Source: a virus
Taxonomy: Duplodnaviria > Caudoviricetes
Direction: 5' to 3' (one strand)
DNA length: 64,000 nt
Virus record (IMG/VR): IMGVR_UViG_3300036790_000048
Coordinates: 64,001 to 128,000 of that record
The notes under the pieces were generated by a model. It did no database searches. It saw only the letters and a program-made list of their open reading frames with translations, and was not told the DNA's origin. The translations under genes and the position numbers were made by a program. Below are positions 44,539 through 54,025 of the stretch, piece by piece. Each line of letters opens with the position of its first letter. The stretch's first letter is position 1.

Positions 44539-44785
44539 GTAGCTTCTCCTCGAAGATCGTCTCGAACTCGGACTGGTACCTCTCGCGCAAGCTGCGCAGT
44601 GCGAAGTTCTGCGCCGGTCCGCCGTGCGCCAGGCCCTCATCGACGCCCTGCAGGTACAGCCGCCGGCGCTCCTCAGTGTGCACCCGGCCCAGCTGCGTAA
44701 GCGCCCGGCCGTACGCGCGCATCCGCCTCTTACGGCGCTCAGCATTGCCAGCATCTGCGTACCAGGCACTGCTGCGGTCACTCAT
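44510..44785 (-). CDS. Small helical protein
   Basis: RAYGRALTQLGRVHTEE. The late motif sits 7 nt upstream. Confidence 0.65.
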   Translation of the reverse strand: MSDRSSAWYADAGNAERRKRRMRAYGRALTQLGRVHTEERRRLYLQGVDEGLAHGGPAQNFALRSLRERYQSEFETIFEEKLREGSAEGSA

Positions 44786-44803
44786 GGCGTGACTATCGGC
44801 ACC

Positions 44804-45373
44804 TCAGCCGCCGCTGCCGCCCCCGCTGTCCCCGCCGCCCACCTGCTGCACGCTGGGCGCGTTCCCGTAGGTGCCCACGTCGTAGAACACCGCGCCGCGG
44901 ATCAGCCCGTCCCCGTCCGGCACCGGGTACCACACCGGCTCGGTCATACGGATGCTGTTGACCGTAACCAGGTCCCCCCACACCTGCGTCTTGTCATCCG
45001 ACGACGCGCGGTGCAGGTGCGCGTCCAGCGTGGCGAACACGTCCAGCCCGCGGCTCTCGGTCTCAGACGGGTTGGTGATGTTGCCCATGCCGTCCCGCAG
45101 CGGGTCCACCCAGATGTCCACCTCCAGGCGCTGCCACCGGATGGTGGAGTAGTCCAGCGGCGTGGTGGACTGCCCGGCGTTGCTGACCACCAGTGACACA
45201 GCCTGGCTGCCCTTGACGATGGAGATGTCCTCCATGCGCGTGTAGATGTTGCGCACGAAGATCCAGGGGATGTTGGCGTTGTCCGGGTCGTCAGCCGGGA
45301 ACGCCCCGATGACCGCCAGCACGTCGCTCAGGCCCGACAGGAACTCGTACGACCCGCTGGCGACGTCATCCAT
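44804..45373 (-). CDS. Putative tail terminator
   Basis: Position after the neck genes. RLEVDIW...LDAHLH pattern. Confidence 0.6.
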   Translation of the reverse strand: MDDVASGSYEFLSGLSDVLAVIGAFPADDPDNANIPWIFVRNIYTRMEDISIVKGSQAVSLVVSNAGQSTTPLDYSTIRWQRLEVDIWVDPLRDGMGNITNPSETESRGLDVFATLDAHLHRASSDDKTQVWGDLVTVNSIRMTEPVWYPVPDGDGLIRGAVFYDVGTYGNAPSVQQVGGGDSGGGSGG

Positions 45374-45708
45374 CAGGTGCCCACCAGGATGCCCGTGTCG
45401 TTGCCCTGGTCGTCCACCCAGGTGAACTCGCCCTCGGCCCCAACCGGCCGGTGCATCCGGCACTTGCAACAGTACGTGGCCCCGTAGAAGCCCGGCCGCG
45501 CCGCGTACGTCTCCGACAGCTCGCGCCCCATGGTCGTGACCGACATGCACTCCGGGTCGTGGTGGATATATGCACAGAAAACGGGCCGGACGAATCCCTT
45601 GGCCCTCTCCTCATCGCTCAGCACCAGGTAGGTGGAGTGCTGCGGCGTCGGGATGCGGTCCACCCCGTGACCCAGCTCGGGATGATTCGGATCATTGGTC
45701 AGGCTCAC
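45373..45708 (-). CDS. Conserved Cys/His phage protein
   Basis: YLVLSDEERAKGFVRP...SETYA.RPGFYGATYC.KC..H. Confidence 0.7.
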   Translation of the reverse strand: MSLTNDPNHPELGHGVDRIPTPQHSTYLVLSDEERAKGFVRPVFCAYIHHDPECMSVTTMGRELSETYAARPGFYGATYCCKCRMHRPVGAEGEFTWVDDQGNDTGILVGT

Positions 45709-46088
45709 GGCGGAAACCCCAGTCGGTACATCGTCTCCCCGGCCGCGGGCATCTGCATGTGCAGCCCGTCCAGCGACGTGCTGAACCCAGGGTAATTCTC
45801 CTCGTACATGTGGTCGAGCTGCTTGGTCTCAGTGATCAGAGCCTCGGTGAACTCCTCCGCCGAGAACACGCCCTTTTTGATCAGCAGTCCGGTCAGCGCG
45901 TTGATGTCCGCGCGCATGAGGATATACATCTCGTACTGGTTGCGCAGCGCCTTGCACTCGTGGTCATTGAACAGCCGAGTGCCCACCTGCCAGCTGGTGA
46001 AGAACGTCCGCCACTTGGCCAGCTTGTTGGACACCCGGTACGACTCGTCCGCCAGCCGCTGCCGCCGCTTATCATCCGCGTCTGTCAT
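45705..46088 (-). CDS. Hypothetical protein
   Basis: Coupled to its neighbours, with good codon bias. Confidence 0.65.
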   Translation of the reverse strand: MTDADDKRRQRLADESYRVSNKLAKWRTFFTSWQVGTRLFNDHECKALRNQYEMYILMRADINALTGLLIKKGVFSAEEFTEALITETKQLDHMYEENYPGFSTSLDGLHMQMPAAGETMYRLGFPP

Positions 46089-46478
46089 CTACCCCTCCAG
46101 CCAGTCCTGAATGGCCTTGGTGTAGAGCTGGTACGAATCACCAGTCGTCCAGTCTCCAGGCCACCTGGCTTCTACCGGGTCGAAGAAGAAGTGCGAGTCG
46201 CCCGTGCCGCCGTGGTGCTTGGTTTTCTTGGGGCCGCGAGCCAGCTCGAAGATGCCAGGGTCACGGTCGTACTCCAGCGTGCCCGTCCACACGTCGCCAT
46301 TGAAGTCCGACGACACGCGCCCGCTCGCCAGCAGCTTGCCCGTGATGACGTGGACGCGCGCCTCAGTCGTGGCGAACGTCGTCGCCAGGACAGCCTCCAG
46401 CCGCCGCGTGGGTGGCTCCTGCAGGCGCGCCAGCTCATCCGCGGTGCCGTCGAGGTCAACCTCGAATCGCAGCTGCAT
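46089..46478 (-). CDS. Neck protein (HK97 gp10-like)
   Basis: VHVITGKLLASG resembles the P-V-x-TG-x-L-x-x-S motif, and the position fits. Confidence 0.6.
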   Translation of the reverse strand: MQLRFEVDLDGTADELARLQEPPTRRLEAVLATTFATTEARVHVITGKLLASGRVSSDFNGDVWTGTLEYDRDPGIFELARGPKKTKHHGGTGDSHFFFDPVEARWPGDWTTGDSYQLYTKAIQDWLEG

Positions 46479-46637
46479 AACTCGTACCCCCTGCTCAGCA
46501 CGATCGATGACTCCAGGTAGGTCAGGAACCTCAGCGCCCGAACGTCCTGCTCTGCATCAATTGTGGCGCCATCCAGCGCGTCGTGCAGCACCGCCGCCGC
46601 GGCCTCCAGGTCCTCCAGCTCCAGGCCGACCGCCCCG

Positions 46638-47150
46638 TCAGGTGTCTCCATTCTCGCTCCCCGGGAAAGGCGTCTGGCTGCCCTGGGCGAGGGATTGCGC
46701 CACCTCGAAGACCTGCACCTCGATGTGATGCGCCCCTGTGATGTCCACCGCCGCGGTGGGAATGGTCCGGATCTCGAACGTCCCCACCACAGGGCCAGCC
46801 AGACAGTACACCCGGTCCCCTGCCAGCACATACGGCGCTCCGCTGTCCGGGTTCAGCATCGCGTCAAAGAACAGCGTGCCCACCCGGTCAGGCGCACGGC
46901 CCGCGGTCAGCGGCATGGGCGGGTCAGTCCGCTTGACGAACCCGAGGTCGAGGCGGCACATCATCTGCCCAGGGATGTCCATGAACGGGTCTATCACGTC
47001 GCTCAGGACGTTCCACGTGAGCGTCGGCGTGCCCTGCGACACCTTCATCTTGATCCGCATCACCTGCACCCGTGACTGGTACAGGATGCGCAGCGGGCTA
47101 GACGTCCCGAACGGCTGGTACGGGACCGGCGGCTGGTCTGGGTACGTCAC
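46638..47150 (-). CDS. Head closure/stopper protein
   Basis: Beta-rich, with AGDRV and HHIEVQV. Lies after the adaptor. Confidence 0.65.
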   Translation of the reverse strand: MTYPDQPPVPYQPFGTSSPLRILYQSRVQVMRIKMKVSQGTPTLTWNVLSDVIDPFMDIPGQMMCRLDLGFVKRTDPPMPLTAGRAPDRVGTLFFDAMLNPDSGAPYVLAGDRVYCLAGPVVGTFEIRTIPTAAVDITGAHHIEVQVFEVAQSLAQGSQTPFPGSENGDT

Positions 47151-47788
47151 ACGTATTCAATCGGGAGCCGGCGCTCGTAATGCCAGTGTGCCAGCAGCCC
47201 AGCGAGCAGCAGTCCCTCGAACCACCGGTGGTTGCGGCAGATGCTGGACAGCGTAGGGAGCCTGCGCCGGCTGAGCACGGCCACCACCTCGTACGCGATG
47301 AACACGCCGACCAGCGCCTCCAGCGCACGCTCCTCCGGGTGCATCAGTAGCTCCGCCGTGACTGGACGTTGCTCGGCAGCTCCTCGCCCTCGACCTCGCG
47401 CCGGGCCGCAGCCACCTTCTCGGTCTCCAGCTTGTGCAGGCCCGCCTCTTTGAGCACCCGCTCGTCACCCCAATCCGGGTGCTGTCGAATAATCTTGGTC
47501 AACTCGATGTGCTGCTCCCAGTTAGTGCTCTTGGGCATGGCGGCCTCCTAATGGCTGCTGCGGGTTGCTGCCCAGCTGGTGGACAGTGAACTGCCCCAGC
47601 GGGTGCGGTGGTGCAGATGGGCAGAATTTACCGAAATCAAGGGGAGAGTCGATCAGCGAGTAATCGTTCCACGTGTTGGCCGGCTGGTAGAACCCCTCAG
47701 CGTCCGTGGTCCCCTGCCCAGTCACCGCCGGGCTGGCGTAGACCAGGCTATGCCCGCACCAGATGCAGGTGCCCAGCACCTCAGCCAC
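47147..47788 (-). other. Three small ORFs (47147..47344 membrane, 47344..47538, 47522..47788)
   Basis: Coupled short ORFs between the adaptor and the stopper. Confidence 0.5.
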
Positions 47789-47789
47789 G

Positions 47790-48404
47790 TCAGATTCCCG
47801 GGTCCATGGGGAAGCTCTGCGAGTTGACGTCGAACGGCATCGCCATCCGGTTATGGTCCTCGGGACCGAGAATCGTACGCCGCCCGTTGTCGTCCTCGAT
47901 GTAGAGCGCCGCCCCCATCCGGCCGCTACGCTCGCCGTCCTCGAAGACCGACATGCCCTCGTGGAACACCCCGCCCGCGAACGTGCGCAGCGCCGTCCAC
48001 TGGGTGGCCAGGTCGAACAGCGTGATCCCCGTCTTCTCCATGGACAGTTCCATGGCAGCCGGGGCCAGCTTGGACATCGACCCACCGCCGCCCGTCTGCA
48101 TCGACTTCTGGTAGGTGTAGCTGCCGATCGTCTCGCTGTTGAGCGGGCTGGCGTTGACCTGCTGGTACGGGAACTGCAGGTAGATCTGGTCCGCCAAGGC
48201 GAGGATGCCCTGCGTCACCATGGTCACCATGTCGGCCGCGGCGATGGCCCCGTAGCCCATGATCTGGCTGGGGTCAGACACCTCGGTGACGAACATGTAC
48301 CGGATGACCGCCTGCATCAGCGCCGAGTTGGCGTAGCTCGTGTACGTGGCCTCATCGCGCCCGCTCCAGGCCGCCAGGTCACTGATCGACGGGACAGGGT
48401 ACAT
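47790..48404 (-). CDS. Head-to-tail adaptor
   Basis: SISDLAAWSG start and an SETIGSYTY motif. Confidence 0.75.
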   Translation of the reverse strand: MYPVPSISDLAAWSGRDEATYTSYANSALMQAVIRYMFVTEVSDPSQIMGYGAIAAADMVTMVTQGILALADQIYLQFPYQQVNASPLNSETIGSYTYQKSMQTGGGGSMSKLAPAAMELSMEKTGITLFDLATQWTALRTFAGGVFHEGMSVFEDGERSGRMGAALYIEDDNGRRTILGPEDHNRMAMPFDVNSQSFPMDPGI

Positions 48405-48405
48405 G

Positions 48406-48879
48406 TCACGGCCCCTTTGAGATCAGGCCGAGCACGTAGCGCTGGGCCTCCCAGTCACTATGGCTGGCCGTGTGCGCGCCGCCAGCCCCACGGTGGTGGA
48501 ATACGCACAGCCACCGGAAATTCTCAGCGCTCTCGACCCAGGCCCCTACCTCATCCGGATTGGAGATGCCAGGGTAGTCAACCTCCAGCGCCGCCAGACT
48601 GATGCCGTTCTGCAGGCTGAACTCGATATGCGCGTGGTGCAGCTCCAGACCTGGCTGCTCGCCCACGCCAGACGGCGGCGGGCAGGGGTTGCCCTGGTCG
48701 TCCTTGCAGTCCCCGAAGCCAACGCGCTCACCGATGTAGCATCGCGCCGCGGCCCGCGTCTTGCGGTGGTAGTGGTCAAAATCCTTGTAATGCGGGTCCG
48801 ACGTCCGGGCAGGATGCGGCGGGAAATGCACCACATAGTGGTGCCCCTGCGCAGCCTTGTGCTCCGGAACCTCAGTCAC
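48406..48879 (-). CDS. His-rich HNH-like protein
   Basis: RCYIG...LELHH...N..WLCVFHH...H. Confidence 0.5.
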   Translation of the reverse strand: MTEVPEHKAAQGHHYVVHFPPHPARTSDPHYKDFDHYHRKTRAAARCYIGERVGFGDCKDDQGNPCPPPSGVGEQPGLELHHAHIEFSLQNGISLAALEVDYPGISNPDEVGAWVESAENFRWLCVFHHRGAGGAHTASHSDWEAQRYVLGLISKGP

Positions 48880-48901
48880 ACCAAGGAATATCGGGTACAG
48901 G

Positions 48902-49063
48902 CTAGGGAGCCACCAGCGCCGCCGACAGCGCCCACGCCGCGAACGCGCCGAAGCCGAACGCCCACGCGGACCAGCCGGTGATGACGGCCCCGGCGCACAG
49001 CGCCGCGATGACGAACAGGATGCACCCGATGATCAGCAGCGCCTTGGGCAGTGTAAGAGTCAT
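48902..49063 (-). CDS. 53-aa 2-TM membrane protein
   Basis: MTLTLPKALLIIGCILFVIAALCAGAVITGWSAWAFGFGAFAAWALSAALVAP. Confidence 0.6.
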   Translation of the reverse strand: MTLTLPKALLIIGCILFVIAALCAGAVITGWSAWAFGFGAFAAWALSAALVAP

Positions 49064-49097
49064 ACCAGCTGACTACCCAGGACAAACCGACCTACAC

Positions 49098-49964
49098 CTA
49101 CCGCAAAGGCGCGGGCACCCGGCGACCGCGACGCCGCTCCGCCGCGTCTGCCTTGGCTAGCTCCTCTTCAGTCGGCTGCGCCACCGCTCCCTCACCGTCG
49201 ATCTGCTTCAGTGGCTGGAACTGGCCTACACCAGCTACGTAAGTCTTGGCACCAGGCCATGGCCCCATGCCGAAGACCTGCCGGTTGAACCGCTCGTACT
49301 GCCCAGCCACATCAAGAGTCAGCCACGGCTGCGCCTCTTCCCATCGTGGATGTCCTGGCCATAGCTCTATCTCCTGCCCGCGCATCCACACGTTCCCGAG
49401 CGCCGTGAACCCATCGATCAGGAAGTGAATGACAACTGCCCCAGGCTGAGAGCTGCCCCCCGCGTACGCCACCGGAGGGCTCTCCTGGCCAAACCGCACC
49501 GCTGCAGCGTGAGCGCGCATCCGCTCAGCCCGCTCCTGGTCAGTCAGCTCCCCCTCAGGCCGAGGCCTCTCCAGCTCCACCGCCGGTGCCACAGCCGACC
49601 ACCCCGGCGACAAGGACATCCCGCACGAAGCGCAGAACTTGTCCGCCCGAGACACCTCATGTCCGTTGCCGCAGGTCGGAGGAGCAGCCGGGTCCGGGAT
49701 GTGCTCCCCGCACTGCGGGCAGAACTTCATCGCGCTGGTCACCGCGTGCCCGTTCATACACACAGGCTGAATCAGGCTCTCCACAACCGGCGAAGCCGGT
49801 GGAGGAGGCGGCGCGACCTTGGGCGCAGCCGGCTTGCGCCGTGCTCGCGCAGGCTTGTCCGTGAATGCGACGTCATCCTGCGCCGCGGTCTCCCCGCTGT
49901 TCAGCTTGGGAGCCGCCTTGAGGGGATCGACTACCGGCTCATCCCCGTTGATTGACTTTGGCAT
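49098..49964 (-). CDS. Double zinc-ribbon protein
   Basis: Two CxNGH...KFCxxCG units. Confidence 0.7.
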   Translation of the reverse strand: MPKSINGDEPVVDPLKAAPKLNSGETAAQDDVAFTDKPARARRKPAAPKVAPPPPPASPVVESLIQPVCMNGHAVTSAMKFCPQCGEHIPDPAAPPTCGNGHEVSRADKFCASCGMSLSPGWSAVAPAVELERPRPEGELTDQERAERMRAHAAAVRFGQESPPVAYAGGSSQPGAVVIHFLIDGFTALGNVWMRGQEIELWPGHPRWEEAQPWLTLDVAGQYERFNRQVFGMGPWPGAKTYVAGVGQFQPLKQIDGEGAVAQPTEEELAKADAAERRRGRRVPAPLR

Positions 49965-49981
49965 GCCTCATCCTATCGTGC

Positions 49982-50188
49982 TCAATCGAGAGGCTGCCAG
50001 ATCTCCTTGATCTCGGTCCACGGGATGAACCTGCGCTTGCCGGACGCCTGGTGCTCGAACTCCACGCCAGCCGCGTCCAGAGACAGCTTGTCCGAAGGAG
50101 CCACCTCAACGGTAGTCACGGTGCCCACGGAGACCAGCTTGTGCTCCAGCTCGATGTAGACCGTCTTGTGCAGCTGCAGAAGAACCAT
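49982..50188 (-). CDS. Small hypothetical protein
   Basis: TGATG coupling. Contains RRFIPWTEIKEI. Confidence 0.5.
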   Translation of the reverse strand: MVLLQLHKTVYIELEHKLVSVGTVTTVEVAPSDKLSLDAAGVEFEHQASGKRRFIPWTEIKEIWQPLD

Positions 50189-50487
50189 CAGATCGCCTGG
50201 CAATACATCGCGAAGGCCGACATGTCGGCCGACGTCTGCGTGATCTTGAACCGCACGTACGGGGCCTGGACCTTGGCCGCGGTGGCTGTGGTCAGGCTCG
50301 TGTCCCCGATCTCCGTATTGACGTTCACGCCGTCAAAGCTCCACTCCGCGGCAACCGCCGTCGATCCGCCGGTAGCCGTCCAAGTGGCGATGACCTGGCT
50401 GGCCGCACTAACCTGCTGGAACGGCGAGGTGACGGGCGACGCTGCCTGAGTAACCGGCGTCGTGTTCTGGTAAATCGATGCCGCCAT
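50188..50487 (-). CDS. Small beta-rich protein after the MCP, probably virion-associated
   Basis: Strong SD and late motif. Contains WSFDGVN and PYVRFK. Confidence 0.65.
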   Translation of the reverse strand: MAASIYQNTTPVTQAASPVTSPFQQVSAASQVIATWTATGGSTAVAAEWSFDGVNVNTEIGDTSLTTATAAKVQAPYVRFKITQTSADMSAFAMYCQAI

Positions 50488-50514
50488 GTGTGCCCTCCCT
50501 CCTGATCTATCGAA

Positions 50515-50547
50515 GGAACGCCCCGTCCATGACAGACGAGGCGTTCC
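50515..50547 (-). terminator. Hairpin after the major capsid gene
   Basis: GGAACGCC..CGTC / GACG..GGCGTTCC inverted repeat. Confidence 0.5.
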
Positions 50548-50559
50548 ACGAGGTTCCGA

Positions 50560-51621
50560 TCAGGTGACGACGCCCGACACGTAGAGCAGCTGCTCCGGCC
50601 GGGTGATGATGGGCAGAAGGTTCCACTCCAGCAGGTACTGCCGCGCCGAGGGGTCCTTTTCCTTCCACGTCTTGGCGTACTTGCCGGTGAATCCGTCCGG
50701 GGCCTCATCGTCCGCGGTCGGCCCGATGAGCAGCTCGATCGGCCGCTGGTCGGTGAAGTTGCCCAGGTAGAGGTTGCCGTCCGGAACAAAGAACGTCAGG
50801 TTGCCCTGGGCGTTCTCGTAGACCTGCTCGACCTGGGTCCAGGTGAGGCCCATGAACCCGTCGATCATGCCGGACGAGTAGTACTGGTCCTTCATCCGGT
50901 CCGAAAGCATGGTGGCCATGATGGACACCGTGGCGCTGGTCGTAGCCGACGCCCACGCCTCCATGAGCGCCGCCATCGTCACCTGCGTGGCGAATGCCTC
51001 GCGCGCCGGGACCCGGCCGTGGATCTGGACGATGCGCTTCCAGCTGCGCACGTCCTCGACGATCGCCAGCGGGTTCTTGTACGTCGCGCCAACCGTCGCG
51101 TTGACCGAGTTGAGGTTGGACGAGCCGCTCGCCCAAGGCGTGCCCAGAGAGATGATGTGGCTGGACGGGAACCCGTAATTCACCACGCCCTGCACGTCCG
51201 GGTAGCTGTAGGTCAGCGTACCCGTGAGCGCCTGCCAGATCGACCACTCCGCGAAGTTGTCGAACCGGATGTTGAGGTCGTTGATCTCCCTCAGCACCGC
51301 ACGCTCGGCGTTGATCGCCGCCAGCTGACCGGGCTCGCGCAGCCAGCGGATGGTGGTGGGCTGGAAGACCTTCTTTTCACGAAGGTAGATGAACGCCGCG
51401 GCCTCCTGCTGCCGGCCGAGGCGGGAGACGACATGCGCCTCCGAGTTCGGGACGTTGGGCGTGGCCACCATCCGGCTGCCCTTGATGACGTCCCAGGTGG
51501 CGGACGGGTAAGGCCAGGGCGTCTGGTCGAGGCGAGACAGCATGGTCATCGTCTCGGGAGTCACGAACTTCTCCACGACGCCCCGCAGGACCATGGGCTC
51601 CAGTAGTGAAATGTCGGGCAT
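50560..51621 (-). CDS. Major capsid protein (lambda gpE-like)
   Basis: 353 aa. EWSIWQALTGTL, WKEKDPS and LPIITRP. Lies downstream of the protease and decoration genes. Confidence 0.88.
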   Translation of the reverse strand: MPDISLLEPMVLRGVVEKFVTPETMTMLSRLDQTPWPYPSATWDVIKGSRMVATPNVPNSEAHVVSRLGRQQEAAAFIYLREKKVFQPTTIRWLREPGQLAAINAERAVLREINDLNIRFDNFAEWSIWQALTGTLTYSYPDVQGVVNYGFPSSHIISLGTPWASGSSNLNSVNATVGATYKNPLAIVEDVRSWKRIVQIHGRVPAREAFATQVTMAALMEAWASATTSATVSIMATMLSDRMKDQYYSSGMIDGFMGLTWTQVEQVYENAQGNLTFFVPDGNLYLGNFTDQRPIELLIGPTADDEAPDGFTGKYAKTWKEKDPSARQYLLEWNLLPIITRPEQLLYVSGVVT

Positions 51622-51721
51622 CGCTAAACCTCTCAAGACGGAGTCGTCTGTCAGTCAGCGACACCTCCTGGGTGCCCGGCCTGCGCTGTCCCCGCTCCGG
51701 GGACTCACCTAGCTGGCCTGT

Positions 51722-52153
51722 TTAATGCAGTATCGGAATCACGAGGCGCTGCCCCGGGATGATCAGCGCAGGCATCGGCCCGATGACCTTCCGGTTGGCC
51801 GCGTAGATCTGCGTCCACATGTCCGGCATGCCGTACTCGCGCTCTGCGATCCCCATCAGCGTGTCCCCAGGCCGCACGGTGTAGTGCCTGGCCGCGGCCT
51901 TGGACGGTGACGGGCTGGGCGTTGGCGTCATCGCCCTGGTGGGCGTAGCAGCCGGCCTGGTGGGGGTCATGGTCGGCGTCATCATCGGGGATGATGTCAT
52001 CGTCGGACTGGGATGCGGAGCCGGTGGGGTGCCGCTGCTCCCGAACATGGTCAGGTGGATGACGAGCGCGACCACCCCGGCGATCACCAGCAGGATGACC
52101 GACAGCATGAAGCAGCCAGGCTCGCCCTTGGCGGGAACTCCGCGGTGCGTCAT
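51722..52153 (-). CDS. Membrane-anchored LysM protein
   Basis: A TM helix, a T/P linker, then YTVRPGDTLMGIA...IYAAN...LIIPGQRLVIP. Confidence 0.85.
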   Translation of the reverse strand: MTHRGVPAKGEPGCFMLSVILLVIAGVVALVIHLTMFGSSGTPPAPHPSPTMTSSPMMTPTMTPTRPAATPTRAMTPTPSPSPSKAAARHYTVRPGDTLMGIAEREYGMPDMWTQIYAANRKVIGPMPALIIPGQRLVIPILH

Positions 52154-52170
52154 GCCTGAGTTATCGTACG

Positions 52171-52208
52171 CGAAAGCCCCGAGAACACCGCGGTTCCCGG
52201 GGCTTTCG
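52171..52208. terminator. Terminator-like hairpin after the decoration gene
   Basis: CGAAAGCCCCG...CGGGGCTTTCG. Confidence 0.7.
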
Positions 52209-52213
52209 TGCTG

Positions 52214-52828
52214 CTAGAAGATGAACAGCAGGTTGGAGTAGTCGATCCTCGCCTGAAGCTGCCCGACGATGCCGAGCGCGTACGCCCCGGCCGCCGGCGA
52301 GTACGACCCGACGCCGCCCGCCTGGCCGGTGACCATGGGCTGGCCGCCGGACTGCATGGACGAGTTGGTCAGCAGCGCCTGCGTGTCACCGCCGGACACC
52401 AGCGAGAGGTTGACCAGCCCGCGGATGACCAGGTTACCCAGGATGTCCGTGGCCACCTTGCCCGAGGGCGACGCCGGGAATGTCGGCGTGCTTCCCGTGA
52501 AGGTGTAGCCGGACAGGCCAGACCCGCCGTTGCCGCCGGTGTCCCGATTGTCGCGCAGCAGGCCGAGCACGGTCTGCCGACCGTCCGTGGCCGTCTGGCT
52601 GTTGACGAAGTACTTCTTGGACGCCGAGTGCTGTGCCAGTACCGCGCCAGTCGGAATCAGGCCCTGCCCGCCGGCCAGGGTGACACCGCGCTGGGTGAAG
52701 GCAGCATAGCTGGCGAGCAGCTCGTCATCAGACGGAGCGTGGAACTCGTCACCGAAGCTGCGACCGAACTGGTGCGTCGGCTTGGTGTAGCTCGGCACCG
52801 GGTCAAACTGAAAGCTGTCCTGAGCCAT
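52214..52828 (-). CDS. Head decoration protein (gpD-like)
   Basis: GVTLAGGQGLIPTGAVLA...ATDGRQT.LGLL. Lies between the scaffold and MCP. Confidence 0.75.
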   Translation of the reverse strand: MAQDSFQFDPVPSYTKPTHQFGRSFGDEFHAPSDDELLASYAAFTQRGVTLAGGQGLIPTGAVLAQHSASKKYFVNSQTATDGRQTVLGLLRDNRDTGGNGGSGLSGYTFTGSTPTFPASPSGKVATDILGNLVIRGLVNLSLVSGGDTQALLTNSSMQSGGQPMVTGQAGGVGSYSPAAGAYALGIVGQLQARIDYSNLLFIF

Positions 52829-52886
52829 TTCTCTACTGCTCTCCCTAGTTGGCGGGCGGGCTCTCTAAGCCTCGGGTGCCCGGTGC

Positions 52887-54002
52887 CTACTTACGCCGCG
52901 CCGTGTTGGACGAGACGACGTGTTCCGAGTAGACCTTGGCCAGCCGGTCCACCTCGGCTGCCTGCTGGTCACTCTGCCGCTGGTCATCCGGCGGCGTGAA
53001 CCCGACCTGCTGTCCCACCGGCACGATCGGCTCCGAGGGAACGAAGTCCCCGAAGTCAGCCGGGCTGGAGAGCTGCAGCTTGATGGCGAACTCGCGCTGC
53101 TTGGGAAGGATGTGGCCGGTGCCGATCAGGCCGTCCACCGTCTCCGCCGCGCGCTCGCGCCGCATCTCGTTGTAGCCGTCCGCCAGCGTGCGGTTCTGCG
53201 CGCTCAGCTCGACGACTGCTCCCACCAGGTCGTCCTGGGTGATGTTGTCACCGGACGACTGCGAGAGGCTGAGGTTGGGGTTCGACTGCAGCGCCGCGGT
53301 CATCGCCGCGGTCAGCGACGCCTGGTCAAGCGTCGGCAGTCCGGCCGGCTGCTGTGCGGCAGCCTGCAGCGCGTCCAGGTCGATGCCGTGCTCGGCGCTC
53401 AGCATCGCCTTGATCTCATCGAGAGTCGGCACCGTGTTCTCCTCCTGGGTCATCACTACATATTCACCATCAGTATCGGAGCCTGCCGTGGCCGCGATAA
53501 TCTCGCGGTAAGGCTCCAGCCCGACCACGTACGGCCGGTTGGTCACCGCGACGTGCAGCAGGGTCGGCCCTGCCTTACGGCCCGTGCGGGAGTCGGTGTA
53601 GTTGGTGGACAGGAACGCGCTGGCACCGAGGTACGTCTTGCCGAACTTGTCCGGGTCCTCGCGTGCGTCGATGACGGCGTACACCTTGCCACCACGCTCG
53701 CGCAAGCCGATGACCTCGCCCTTGTTGGAGTCCGCGCCCTCGACGTGCTTGTTGGAGTCGTTGGCCAGCGGCACCTGCACGATGTCACAGACGTTGTTCT
53801 CGAAGTTGCTCATCATGCGGGCCACGAAGTCATCGTCCACGTTGATCCGCTCGCCCGTGTCCGGGTGGATCAACGGCCCCTTGGTGAGGATGTGCTTCTC
53901 GAACAGGCGGCCCTGCGCCATGCGCGACAGGGCGATCGGCGCGCTCTCGATCTCAGTCCAGCGGGAGCCTGCCGGTGACGGCACAATGAACGATCCATCC
54001 AT
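52887..54002 (-). CDS. Capsid maturation protease/scaffold (Mu gpI-like)
   Basis: YLGASA...GPTLLHVAVTNRPYVVGL, with a helical C-terminus. ATG 54002 lies 8 nt after the late motif. Confidence 0.82.
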   Translation of the reverse strand: MDGSFIVPSPAGSRWTEIESAPIALSRMAQGRLFEKHILTKGPLIHPDTGERINVDDDFVARMMSNFENNVCDIVQVPLANDSNKHVEGADSNKGEVIGLRERGGKVYAVIDAREDPDKFGKTYLGASAFLSTNYTDSRTGRKAGPTLLHVAVTNRPYVVGLEPYREIIAATAGSDTDGEYVVMTQEENTVPTLDEIKAMLSAEHGIDLDALQAAAQQPAGLPTLDQASLTAAMTAALQSNPNLSLSQSSGDNITQDDLVGAVVELSAQNRTLADGYNEMRRERAAETVDGLIGTGHILPKQREFAIKLQLSSPADFGDFVPSEPIVPVGQQVGFTPPDDQRQSDQQAAEVDRLAKVYSEHVVSSNTARRK

Positions 54003-54025
54003 GCCATTGACTATCGGACACAGGC

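Noticed and set aside
44539-44781. N-terminal extension of the glycosyltransferase given in the ORF track
   Set aside because: It overlaps the better-supported 44510..44785 gene. GT similarity starts at GTG 44538.
46172-46831. 219-aa minus-strand ORF
   Set aside because: It largely overlaps the stopper and neck genes. Only the ~55-codon middle part (METPDGAV...) might be real, so it was not called.
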